Below are positions 23,226 through 34,959 of a stretch of 64,000 bases of DNA, piece by piece. The notes under the pieces are model-generated. The model was not told the DNA's origin. It did no database searches and saw only the letters and a program-made list of their open reading frames with translations. Position 1 is the first letter of the stretch; every line of letters begins with the position of its first letter. Origin of the DNA: Macrostomum lignano (lineage: Eukaryota); NCBI GenBank assembly GCA_002269645.1, contig NIVC01001414.1, positions 186,001-250,000 on the forward strand, given 5' to 3'. A program made the translations under genes and the position numbers.

Positions 23226-24406
23226 CCTGCATCTGCCCCATCATAACTCTCCCCTCTCCCCGCCTCTCCCTCTCCCAACTCTCCTCTCTCCCCAGCACAA
23301 TCCCTAGCGCTGTAGAGCCAGCAGCACATGTGTAAAGCTATTTGTTTGTTTTTTTGTTTGTCAGCAGAACCAAATTCTCAACCAGCCAGTTATCGGGTTC
23401 CTTGTAAAGTGCATCGAGTACTTGTTGATTCTCTGTTGCTAGCACAGTGTATCAGCTTTCATCCCCAAGTTTTTATTGTCAGATTCTGTGAGCAAAGATA
23501 CTTCAGTGCCTGAATTTCCCCTGAGGCTAAAATTTATTACAAATTTTCACAGAATTTTTTCCAATTTTAATGTTTTACTGCCCCCATCGGACTGCCACCT
23601 GCCAATCACCTGGTGCCTAAAAGTACAAACTGATATTTGCCACAAAACTGTCTGTCCCGCACTAATTGATTGTCTTTGAAGTTTGCCGCCAGCAACTGTT
23701 GGAATTGCTGATCCCAGTCTCTCAAGCGAGCTTCGTACACAGACAGATTAGCAGTGCTCAGCCTTGGAAGGATTTTTATTAGTATATTTAGCGCTTATTG
23801 TATACATTTTCACTGCCTACTGGCCTTAGTAGTATCTATTGCGAGTTTGTGCCTATTCATAAATTCAACTTTATTGCTTTGGTACTTATTAGTGAATAAA
23901 TAGTGAATCATATTGTGTGTTGAAGTTTTTAATTAAAATCTTTAACTTCTGGCTTACAGTGTGCACTTTTACAGGCTGACTTTACAGCACCTGGATTTTG
24001 TGCCCTATCTCTCAGTTTCTGTGGCTCTGCAGTGCCAGGCATTCTGGAGCTGCCTAATGGCTGTTTTTGTTAATTCAAATTCATTTGTTAATTGCTCTCA
24101 CCTGGTGCCCTGACTAACTGGTTCAAGAGATAAAGTACAATGTGTACTTTCTGGTTTCTCTGGTGCACCTGAGACACCCAGTTTTTGCAGAGTGCATAGT
24201 TTAATTAGCTTATATTGTGTACTGAATATTTATAATTTAGCCCCAACAACATTTGAACTTTTGTTTTTTTTTCAAATTGTTTGTTTTTTAATGAAAAATA
24301 GAATGAGGCCTTCGCTACAGAAAGTGAGCTGGTTTGGAGTTCCAGAGAGGCTCAGGTGGGCGATGAGCTCTGCTTGTTTCCAATGTCATTTCAGCAGCTG
24401 TGTGCT

Positions 24407-24962
24407 CAGTCAGTCAGTCAGTCAGTCAGTCAGTCAGTCAGTCAGTCAGTCAGTCAGTCAGTCAGTCAGTCAGTCAGTCAGTCAGTCACCCACTCACTCA
24501 AGTCAGTCAGTCAGTCAGTCAGTCAGTCAGTCAGTCAGTCAGTCAGTCATTCAGTCAGTCAGTCACCCACTCACTCAAGTCAGTCAGTCAGTCAGTCAGT
24601 CAGTCAGTCAGTCAGTCAGTCAGTCAGTCAGTCAGTCAGTCAGTCAGTCAGTCAGTCAGTCAGTCAGTCACCCACTCACTCAAGTCAGTCAGTCAGTCAG
24701 TCAGTCAGTCAGTCAGTCAGTCAGTCAGTCAGTCATTCAGTCAGTCAGTCACCCACTCACTCAAGTCAGTCAGTCAGTCAGTCAGTCAGTCAGTCAGTCA
24801 CCCACTCACTCAAGTCAGTCAGTCAGTCAGTCAGTCAGTCAATCAGTCAGTCAGTCAGTCAATCAGTCAGTCAATCAGTCAGTCAGTCAGTCAGTCAGGC
24901 AGTCAGTCAGTCAGTCAGTCAATCAGTCAGTCAGTCAGTCAGTCAGTCAGTCAGTCAGTCAG
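24407..24962. repeat. (CAGT)n compound microsatellite
   Basis: Interrupted by CACCCACTCACTCAAG, the reverse complement of the interruption in the SVOP intronic (GACT)n. Confidence 0.95.
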
Positions 24963-25176
24963 CCAGTGCCGCTCCCTCATCACTGCAGAGCCAGCAGCCC
25001 TCAGCGACCCCCAGGCTGCCCAGGCTCGCCCTCAGTGCCACTTAGTGAGGCTGCAAAGCATGTCTGTCAGCTTCATCAGGCGCAGTCGCTACAGGCTGGA
25101 AGATGACTCGCTGGATGCAGATGGTGAGTTTCTGTACTCAGAAAAATTAATCGGGCAGAAAATACAAAAAATTGCC

Positions 25177-25250
25177 TGGCCGGGGAGGGGCTCGAACCCT
25201 CGACCTTCGCGTTATCAGCACGACGCTCTAACCAACTGAGCTACTCGGCC
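25177..25250 (-). tRNA. tRNA-Ile-GAT: tRNA-Ile, anticodon GAT
   Basis: 74-nt cloverleaf GGCCGAGTAGCTCAGTTGGTTAGAGCGTCGTGCTGATAACGCGAAGGTCGAGGGTTCGAGCCCCTCCCCGGCCA. Intact A and B boxes, a T6 Pol III terminator 5 nt downstream, and one acceptor-stem mismatch (A6:C67). Confidence 0.9.
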
Positions 25251-25459
25251 GCTATGGTCTCAGCGCCTCGGATTGTTCTCAAATAGCAGTGCAGTATTGA
25301 TTAGCGATCTGTTCGGCTTATCGGCTGGTTCTGCTGCTTTTATTGCCTGGGAGCAGAAATTGTTGGGGCGGGCAGCGGGGCAGAGAAAAGCAGCGGGTGT
25401 TCCTTCTTGGCTGCTTGTTGTTTCTGTTTCTGCCAGGGATCTGAGCAGGGTCTCTGATT

Positions 25460-26225
25460 CTGCCAAATGTTTCAGGGCATTTCTGCTTCTGCTAAATGTT
25501 TCAGGGCATTTCTGCTTCTGCCAAATGTTTCAGGGAATTTCTGCTTCTGCTAAATGTTTCAGGGCATTTCTGCTTCTGCCAAATGTTTCAGGGCATTTCT
25601 GCTTCTGCTAAATGTTTCAGGGCATTTCTGCTTCTGCCAAATGTTTCAGGGCATTTCTGCTTCTGCCAAATGTTTCAGGGCATTTCTGCTTCTGCCAAAT
25701 GTTTCAGAGCATTTCTGCTTCTGCCAAATGTTTCAGGGCATTTCTGCTTCTGCCAAATGTTTCAGGGCATTTCTGCTTCTGCTAAATGTTTCAGGGCATT
25801 TCTGCTTCTGCCAAATGTTTTAGGGCATTTCTGCTTCTGCCAAATGTTTCAGGGCATTTCTGCTTCTGCCAAATGTTTCAGGGCATTTCTGCTTCTGCTA
25901 AATGTTTCAGGGCATTTCTGCTTCTGCTAAATGTTTCAGGGCATTTCTGCTTCTGCCAAATGTTTCAGGGCGTTTCTGCTTCTGCTAAATGTTTCAGGGC
26001 ATTTCTGCTTCTGCCAAATGTTTCAAGGCATTTCTGCTTCTGCCAAATGTTTCAGGGCGTTTCTGCTTCTGCTAAATGTTTCAGGGCATTTCTGCTTCTT
26101 CTAAATGTTTCAGGGCATTGCTGCTTCTGCCAAATGTTTCAGGGCATTTCTGCTTCTGCCAAATGTTTCAGGGCATTTCTGCTTCTGCCAAATGTTTCAG
26201 AGCATTTCTGCTCCTGCCAAACATT
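25460..26225. repeat. 29-bp minisatellite (GCCAAATGTTTCAGGGCATTTCTGCTTCT)n
   Basis: About 26 contiguous units with no spacers. Confidence 0.95.
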
Positions 26226-26424
26226 TCCAGGTGATCTCAGCAGGGCTGCATCTCCTCGCCGGCAGCCTCGGGTCGCCACCGCTACGCCGTCGCTCATCGT
26301 CGCCGCCTCCTCTGCCGCGCGGGCGCGAGCCAAAAGTAGGTCGCGTGCTGTCGTGTTTGCAGCTGCTTGAGGCATTTGGCCCGGGGTGGCTCTGAGTCAC
26401 CTGATCCTAGGGACTTTGTGGCTT

Positions 26425-26890
26425 TGATCCCCATTCACCCTCCCTGATCCCAATTCACCCTCCCTGATCCCCATTCACCCTCCCTGATCCCAATTCACCC
26501 TCTGATTCTCAATCACCCTCCCTGATCCTCATTCACCCTCCCTGATCCCAATTCACCCTCCCTGATCCCAATTCACCCTCTCTGATTCTCATTCACTCTC
26601 CTTGATCCTCATTCACTCTCCCTGATCCTCATTCACCCTCCCTGATCCCAATTCACCCTCCCTGATTCTAATTCACCCTCCCTGATCCCAATTCACCCTT
26701 CCTGATCCTCATTCACCCTCCCTGATCCCCATTCACTCTCCCTGATCCCAATTCACCCTCTGATTCTCATTCATCATCCCTGATTCTCATTCACTCTCCC
26801 TGATCCTCATTCACCCTCCCTGATCCTCATTCACCATCCCTGATCCCCATTCACCCTCCCTGATCCTCATTAACCTTCCCTGATCCTCTT
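26425..26890. repeat. 20-bp minisatellite (CCCTGATCCCCATTCACCCT)n
   Basis: Directly visible degenerate tandem array. Confidence 0.9.
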
Positions 26891-27187
26891 TCACTCCCCA
26901 TTAGATCCCCACTGCACAGAATTCCAACCGCACACAAATCCAATTTCAAGGCAAAATCCCGGGCGAAGCAGCCCCGGTCCGCTCCCACCGGAATTTCCCA
27001 CACTTCAAATCCCCTCCCCAGCCCTTCTTGCCTCTCCTCCCGCTGCTCCTTGAGCCGGAAGCGGCAGCGCCAAGTCAGCCGTGTCAAATTTTATTTATCA
27101 GAGGCCTGAGCAGCGCTGCTCAGAAATCTGCCCTTAGCAATTCCTGCCTCAACTGCCCGAGCGCTGACTGACTGCTCAGCTGCAGCA

Positions 27188-30100
27188 ATGCAGCGCGGCA
27201 GCTCTTATTCTTCTTCTAGTAGACAGAGTCTGGTAGCCGCCGCAGCAAGCTCAAAAAGCTACTCAGCAACTCAACAGGGTGCTTTGCATTTTCTCATTCA
27301 ACTTGGCGTGTCATTTTGATTGACAGCTCGATTTGCATTGATGCACTCTTCTCGATTTCAGATGCCAGAGTTCTGCTGAGTTCTGGCTCAGCATCCGGGG
27401 CTGCATCAGCTGCTGCAGGCAGCGACAGTTCTCAGGGCGAGCGGCAGATTCGGTACACGGTGGAAGAGGCGGTTGAGAAGCTGGGGTTCGGCAGGTTCCA
27501 GATTAAAATCCTCTGCATCACCGGCATCATGTCTGTAGGTTGCTGCTTCTGCGGAGTCTTGAGAACTGCTCTCTGATCCCATTTGAGCACTGCTCTCTGA
27601 TCCCATTTGAGCACTGGTCTCTGATCCCATTTGAGCACTGGTCTCTGATCCCATTTGAGCACTGCTCTCTGATCCCATTTGAGCACTGCTCTCTGATCCC
27701 ATTTGAGCACTGCTCTCTGATCCCATTTGAGCACTGGTCTCTGATCCCATTTGAGCACTGGTCTCTGATCCCATTTGAGCACTGCTCTCTGATCCCATTT
27801 GAGCACTGCTCTCTGATCCCATTTGAGCACTGCTCTCTGATCCCATTTGAGCACTGCTCTCTGATCCTATTTGAGCACTGCTCTCTGATCCCATTTGATC
27901 ACTGCTCTCTGATTTTATTTGAGCACTGCTCTCCGATCCCATTTGAGCACTGCTCTCTGATCCCATTTGAGCACTGCTCTTTGATCCCATTTGAGCACTG
28001 CTCTCTGATCCCATTTGAGCACTGCTCTCCGATCCCATTTGAGCACTGCTCTCTGATCCCATATGAGCACTGCTTTCTGATCCCATTTGAGCACTGCTCT
28101 CTGATCCCATTTGAGCACTGCTCTGTTATCCCATTTGAGCACTGCTCTCTGATCCCATTTGAGTACTGCTCTCTGATCCCATTTGAGTACTGCTCTCTGA
28201 TCCCATTTGAGCACTGCTCTCTGATCCCATTTGAGCACTGCTCTCTGATCCCATTTGAGTACTGCTCTCTGATCCCATTTGAGCACTGCTCTCTGATCCC
28301 ATTTGAGCACTGCTCTCTGATCCCATTTGAGCACTGCTCTCTGATCCCATTTGAGCACTGCTCTCTGATCCCATGTCACAAGTATTGCCTCGATATTCGC
28401 ACATTGCTACTGCCGCACGGACTGTCAGTAGTGCAGCTGGCATTTTGCAATTTCAATGCAGGCAGCGGATGCAATGGAGATGCTGCTGCTGTCAGTGCTG
28501 GGCCCCGCGCTCCGCTGCGACTGGCGCCTGACGTCAACCGAGGTGGCCGGCATCACCACTGTGGTGTTCGCTGGGATGCTGCTCGGAGCTCCTGGCTGGG
28601 GCGCCGTGTCGGACAAGCGGGGTCGCTGGAGCGTGTTCGCCCTCAGTCTCTGCCTCATGGCCTACTTCGGCCTGCTCTGCTCGTTCTCGCCTGACTACTT
28701 CTGGCTCGTCAGCCTGCGCGGTGTCGTGGGCTTCAACATCGGCGGTGCGGCCTCCTCCTTCACCCTGCTGTCCGAGTACCTGCCTCAGCAGCACCGCGCC
28801 AAGGTGCTAATCCTGTACAACCTGTTCTGGGGTCTTGGATCCACCTTCGAGATCCTGCTGGCTTACCTGGTGCTGCCCACTTTGGGCTGGAGATACCTGG
28901 TGGCCTTCTCTTCACTGCCGCTGTTTCTGTTCATGCTGACGCTGGGGGTGAGTAGCCTGAGCTGCATCTGTGTGTGCTCACGCTGGGGTGAGTAGCCTGA
29001 GCTGCATCTGTGTGTGCTCACGCTGGGGTGAGTAGCCTGAGCTGCATCTGTGTGTGCTCACGCTGGGGTGAGTAGCCTGAGCTGCATCTGTGAGTGCTCA
29101 CGCTGGGGATGAGTAGCCTGAGCTGCATCTGTGTGTGCTCACTCTGGGGTGAGTAGCCTGAGCTGCATCTGTGTGTGCTCACTCTGGGGGTGAGTAGCCT
29201 GAGCTGCATCTGTGTGCTCACGCTTGGGGTGAGTAGCCTGAGCTATCTGTGTGTGCTCACTCTGGGGGTGAGTAGCCTGAGCTGCATCTGTGTGCTCACG
29301 CTTGGGGTGAGTAGCCTGAGCTGCATCATCTGTCTCTCCTCTTCCTCAGCACCTGCCGGAGTCTGCGAGGTTCCTGCTGGCCTCAGGACGCGCTGAGGAA
29401 GCGGCTGCCGTCATTGACCAGATCGCCAGGGAGAACCGCAGGCCTGCGATGGAGGGCCTGCCTGCTGTGGCCACCGTCAGCGAGGTGAGCGACTGACTGA
29501 ATGACTGGCTGACTGACTGACTGACTGACTGACTGACTGACTGACTTGAGTGAGTGGGTGACTGACTGACTGACTGACTGACTGACTGACTGACTGACTG
29601 ACTGACTGACTGACTGACTGACTGACTTGAGTGAGTGGGTGACTGACTGACTGACTGACTGACTGACTGACTTGAGTGAGTGGGTGACTGACTGACTGAA
29701 TGACTGACTGACTGACTGACTGACTAACTGACTGACTGACTGACTTGAGTGAGTGGGTGACTGACTGACTGACTGACTGACTGACTGACTGACTGACTGA
29801 CTGACTGACTGACTGACTGACTGACTGACTGACTGACTGACTGGCTGACTGACTGACTGACTGACTGACTGACTGACTGACTGACTGACTGACTGACTGA
29901 CTGACTGACTGACTGACTGACTGACTGACTGACTGACTGACTGACTGACTGACTGACTGACTGACTGACTGACTGACTGACTGACTGACTGACTGACTGA
30001 CTGACTGACTGACTGACTGACTGACTGACTGACTGACTACCTGACCCTCCCGCAGTCAGACCGAGGACAGCTCAAGGCGCTCTTCCACCCGTTCTACCGC

Positions 30101-31814
30101 CGCACCAGCTTCATCCTGTTCTCCCTGTGGTTCGGTGTCGCCTTCTCCTACTACGGCATCGTGCTGGTGAGCACTGAAATCTTTCGCTTCCACCAGGACT
30201 GCTTCAGCACCGCCCAGTCGGTCACGGTGGCCCACAACACCACGGAGTCCGTGGTGGACAACTCCTGCTGCAGAGGTCTGCAGTCGGACGATTACACAGC
30301 CATGCTGATCTCCTCACTCGGAGAGTTCGTCATCATTCCGGTGAACATGCTCACCATCGATGCCCTGGGCAGGCGGGCCACCCTCGGCATCAACTACCTG
30401 CTCACTGGCGTGTTCTTCGGCCTCACCTACCTGTGCGTGCCGAAGGCGGCCACCACCGCGTTTCTGTTTCTGATCAGGGCCCACTCTGCTGGCATATTCA
30501 ATACTATTTATATTTATACTACTGAGGTGAGTAGTGCGGTCTGACTTGAATGCGAAGTTATTGATGATATTTTCTCATTTGTTTCCGGCTTTTCTTGATG
30601 GAGTAGGCAGAAGGAGGAGGATGAGATGGGTATAAAGCAGAGAGTCGTAGATAGAAGAGAGTGGTAGATAGGAGGGAGTGGTAGATAGGAGAGAGTGGTA
30701 GATAGGAGAGTGTGGTAGATAGGAGAGAGTGGTAGATAGGAGAGTGTGGTAGATAGGAGAGAGTGGTAGATAGGAGAGTGTGGTAGATAGGAGAGAGTGG
30801 TAGATAGGAGGGAGTGGTAGATAGGAGAGAGTGGTAGATAGGAGAGAGTGGTAGATAGGAGAGAGTGGTAGATAGGAGAGAGTGGTAGATAGGAGAGAGT
30901 GGTAGATAGGAGAGTGTGGTAGATAGGAGAGAGTGGTAGATAGGAGAGAGTGGTAGATAGGAGAGAGTGGTAGATAGGAGAGAGTGGTAGATAGGAGAGA
31001 GTGGTAGATAGGAGAGAGTGGTAGATAGGAGAGAGTGGTAGATAGGAGAGAGTGGTATACAGGAGAGAGAGGTAGACAGGAGAGAGTGGTAGACAGGAGG
31101 GAGAGGTAGACAGGAGAGAGGGGGAGACAGGAGAGAGGGGGAGACAGGAGAGAGGGGAGACAGCAGAGTGGGGTGGACAGCAGAGTCGTAGACGGCAGGG
31201 AGGGGTATAGAAGAGAGGTTAGACGGGGTACAGGGTTGATAGGAGAGAAGGTAGATGGATTTGAGATCAGGACATTGCGAGAGCAGACATTGCGACAAGC
31301 TTGGTGCAGACTTGGAGCACGCCGTTTGGCTTATATCGGCCCACTGCTGCAGCTTACTAAGTTAGAAACTGGAAGGGTCTGTGAGACTGCAGGGCTGTCC
31401 ACCACACCCAGTGATGTCAAAAGCGGCTTTCCAATCCAGGTGTACCCCACGGTGATTCGCAGTCTCGGGCTGGGCATCTGCTCAGCCATGGCTCGCCTGG
31501 GCTCCATGACAACGCCATTTGTTGCCCAAGTGATCATGCCGGATGTGAGCGTGCTGCTGGCCTTCATCACCTACCTGATGGTGGATCTCAGCTGTGCTGG
31601 GCTCTGCGTGCTGCTGCCCATCGAGACCAGCGGCCGCGCCTTGGCGCACAGCCTGGAGCTGCCGGATGTGAAATTCTCAGCCGCTGCTGATGGAGCTGCT
31701 GCTGATGGGGCTTCAGCTGCTGATGGAGCTGCTGCTGATGGGGCCTCAGCTGCTGACGGAATTCACAAACGGACTGACTACGAAGGGGGCTTTGGGGAGA
31801 GCAAGACTGAGTGA
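27188..31814 (+). CDS. SVOP: SVOP-like (synaptic vesicle 2-related) MFS transporter, apparently intact, about 576 aa, 6 coding exons
   Basis: Exons 27188-27278, 27362-27534, 28462-28947, 29350-29484, 30056-30526 and 31440-31814 splice in frame with GT-AG boundaries. Motifs: [54 protein letters not shown]. Confidence 0.9.
27567..28372. repeat. 24-bp intronic minisatellite, expanded
   Basis: About 33 units of TCTCTGATCCCATTTGAGCACTGC. Confidence 0.95.
28935..29325 (+). repeat. 38-41-bp tandem repeat spanning the SVOP exon3/intron3 junction
   Basis: 10 units of CTCACGCTGGGGTGAGTAGCCTGAGCTGCATCTGTGTGTG. Nine retain GTGAGT. Confidence 0.9.
29490..30040. repeat. (GACT)n microsatellite filling SVOP intron 4
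   Basis: Directly visible. Confidence 0.95.
30645..31250. repeat. GA-rich 17-bp minisatellite (GAGAGTGGTAGATAGGA)n in SVOP intron 5
   Basis: Directly visible. Confidence 0.9.
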
Positions 31815-31819
31815 CCTCA

Positions 31820-31822
31820 GTG

Positions 31823-31858
<36 letters not shown>

Positions 31859-31870
31859 GGTCTGTCTGTG

Positions 31871-31905
<35 letters not shown>

Positions 31906-31906
31906 G

Positions 31907-31989
<83 letters not shown>

Positions 31990-31990
31990 G

Positions 31991-32041
<51 letters not shown>
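31820..32041. repeat. (TCTG)n microsatellite
   Basis: Directly visible. Confidence 0.95.
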
Positions 32042-32042
<1 letters not shown>

Positions 32043-32829
32043 CAATTATTAAAACCGAAATCGGCACAGCTGTGAGCCCTGCTGCAATTCCCCTGCAGCA
32101 ATTTTTTGAGCAGTTTTTATTGAGGCTGTGAGCTCCACAGATTTCCTGCATTCTCAGTTTTCACTAGCAAAATCCAAATTCTTGGCTTCGTGTTGTCCTT
32201 GTGCTTTACCCATCTGCATCGCTTGTGAAATTCCACATTCCCAAGTCAAATGAAATTTTATATCAACTTCTGTGTGTTTTTACACTGTTTGACCAATGAA
32301 GGAGTTTTAATCACTGCGTTCTCTTTGTTGTTTTTTATTTATCCAGTTTATTTATATAATTTCATTTCACTACTGCACTACTGCTAGCTGTCAAATGACA
32401 CATGACAAATTTTCGTCTTGGTTGATTTCTAAATGCACTCGTTGAGTCACCCAGCAATCAGTAACTGAAGCTGCGGTGTCGAAGAGTATCCGCATGTAAC
32501 GGTTAGATACACATTAAAGAGCTGCTCGCTGTTCGTAGTGAGCACAGAAATGCCGTTCTTATCATTCTGTTGCTTTTATAAGCCTTGCTTATCTGTTTGA
32601 TGCAAGAAAGATAGAACACAAGAGCTGAGAGGGACTGGAAGGCCAGAGTGGAAGATGGTCGACATCAGAGAATCGTCATGCCAACCATAAAAGACTTGCG
32701 GAGGAATCGCTGAAATGCTGCAGCTCATCATAAAGGGTTGCTCGGGTGCTCTGAGCCAAAGCTCGTTGGGGATCTCGCATCATAGATTATAGCTGCTTTC
32801 AGTTGTGATGCTTTTTTGCTTTTTTGAGA

Positions 32830-33300
32830 GAAGTAGACAGGAGAGGAGAGAGGGATAGACAGGAGATAGGAGAGAGGGGTAGACAGGAGATAGGAGAGAG
32901 GGGTAGACAGGAGATAGGAGAGAGGGGTAGACAGGAGAGAGGAGAGAGGGGTAGACAGGAGATAGGAGAGAGGGGTAGACAGGAGAGAGGAGAGAGGGGT
33001 AGACAGGAGATAGGAGAGAGGGGTAGACAGGAGAGAGGAGAGAGAGGTAGACAGGAGAGAGGAGAGAGGGGTAGACAGGAAAGAGGAGAGAGGGGTAGAC
33101 AGGAGAGAGGAGAGAGGGTTAGACAGGAGAGAGGAGAGAGGAGTAGACAGGAGAGAGGAGAGAGGAGTAGACAGGAGAGAGGAGAGAGGGGTTGACAGGA
33201 GAGAGGAGAGAGGGGTGTACAGGAGAGAGGAGAGAGGGGTAGACAGGAGATAGGAGAGAGGGGTAGACAGGAGAGAGGAGAGAAGTTTAGATAGAAGGGA
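32830..33300. repeat. GA-rich 24-bp minisatellite (GACAGGAGAGAGGAGAGAGGGGTA)n
   Basis: Directly visible. Paralog at 62460-62830. Confidence 0.9.
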
Positions 33301-34959
33301 GATGTAGATAGGAAAGAGTACTGAGAGCACTGAGTGTGCCAAGCACAGCAGCACTGAGAAAGAACCAAGCCTGACAACTGTGTGCCATGCGTCAGACACT
33401 CCCACCTTTTCAAGCCGCTGATAGAGATTTAATAATGTTAGCACTAACCTATAATTAGTATTTACATTTTAACATATTGTTTTTTTAATTTAGTTTCTTT
33501 CAAACTGAGTAGATGGCATTAAAATTGTTCAATTTATGCTAAAGTACAGAGTAAAAAGGTAAAATTACATGCGCTCGTGTCAAGTTTCAGCAATGCAAAG
33601 ATTCCCAAAGAAGCTTCGCAACAAAGACGTGAAGCATTCGGGAAAATCAAAACGGTGCAGTGAGAGCAGCAGTTGCTGTAAGCCACGCTTGTGAAGGTGC
33701 TGGGTGGCTTTTCCGTTCTCGAAACGCCAGTACGAAGTAAAACATGCTTCCATGGCATTCCATAGCAATTAAAGCACCCCACGAATAATTTATGGATGAG
33801 GGAATACCCAAATATTGCAGGTTAGTCTCTATTCTAAACAGATTTTTCAGTCATCTTTATAGCATTTAGGCTACTGGTTTTATTTTTAGCACAAAATTTC
33901 TAGTGAATTGGTAGATGTGGTATGTTGGTAGAATTCGCTGTCACCAGGTTCCTGCTTTCCCTAATTCTAGTATTTAGATATTAAAGAAGTCAGTCAGGAC
34001 ATCGATTGTAAATTTAACACATTTTTATAGAAAAGTCAAATAAAAAACGTAAGTTGTACAAAAGTTGTTTACATTAAATTCCTATTCCCTTTTATGCTTT
34101 TGGGCAAGACGCCCAATAATGTTTCGAGGCCAGACTCCTCTTGTGCAAACTAATTGTTATTCCCTTATTTTTTCCTTTTCTTACCAGATTTCTTAATTTT
34201 TCGAAGATTGGGTTGCGCACACCCCGCTGAGCTTTCTTTCCCCCCGAGATTTTTTTTCATTCAATAAGAAGGGCTAATGGAAAAGAGCCCGGGGCCTCAG
34301 CCCTTGGAAGGTCTCTTGCGCAACTTTATGTTTGAAAATTCGAAGTTATTGTTATAAATTTTTATCCGATTTGCAGGAGAAGCTAGGAATAAGCTTTCTT
34401 TCCCAGAGAACTAACTAACTAAATAAGTAATAAGGCGCCTCAGCCAATGAACAGGCTCTTACGCCACTAAGAAATTCTGTTTGTTGTTGTTAAACGATTG
34501 GTCTAGAAAGTCTCAGACCTCGGATCAGCCCGAGAAGGGCTCTGCCAATCTATTGTATTATTTAAACGACTTAGTTTGATACACGATAAATAAAATTAAT
34601 CGAAAATTAATACTGAATATTACATTTTGGGTCCTCACAAAGATCTGGATCAGGTACAGTACAGGGGGAAGTGCAGTCAATATTTGGCAATTAAAAAAGA
34701 AATAAAAAAAATTGGCTGTGTACAGATGGCTATTTTGGCATTACAAAATACTAGGAGCATGTAAAAAGGGCTACTATTAGTAGCAGCTCATTGGCACAAT
34801 AATTTAGTTGGGGGTAGCCAAAAGTTTAGAAGTAAAAATGGTAAATTAGAGCATAGTGGAGTGTCTTTTTAAGCTTATTTTTTGGTGTAAAAAGGGCAAA
34901 AGCCGAGTAAAAAACGCATTTGGCAAAGACGTAAAAAGGCGAGCGTATAAATATTGGGC

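Noticed and set aside
22068-25239. Pro-rich, Gly/Arg-rich and (SQSV)n ORFs
   Set aside because: These are translations of minisatellites and microsatellites, open on both strands. The same applies to the (TDRQ)n/(LSVC)n, (LSPL)n and (MGSESSAQ)n ORFs elsewhere in the window.
25177-25250. Bacterial contamination or organellar origin of the GAT tRNA
   Set aside because: The body is eukaryotic Ile-like, has no encoded CCA, has a Pol III T-run terminator and sits in eukaryotic repeat context with no rRNA operon.
26139-26400. GC-rich minus-strand ORFs as a divergent gene upstream of SVOP copy 2
   Set aside because: Short, run into minisatellites on both sides, with no recognisable domain or paralog in copy 1.
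25460-28372. 24-31-bp repeats (also 59570-59768 and 60490-61300) as CRISPR arrays
   Set aside because: Units are contiguous with no unique spacers, there are no cas genes, and the context is eukaryotic and intronic.
34095-34145. Hammerhead-like motif on the minus strand (CACAAGAGG..CCTCGAAAC..GTC)
   Set aside because: The core reads CACAAGA instead of CUGANGA and stem I does not pair. At best it is a decayed relic and cannot be supported.
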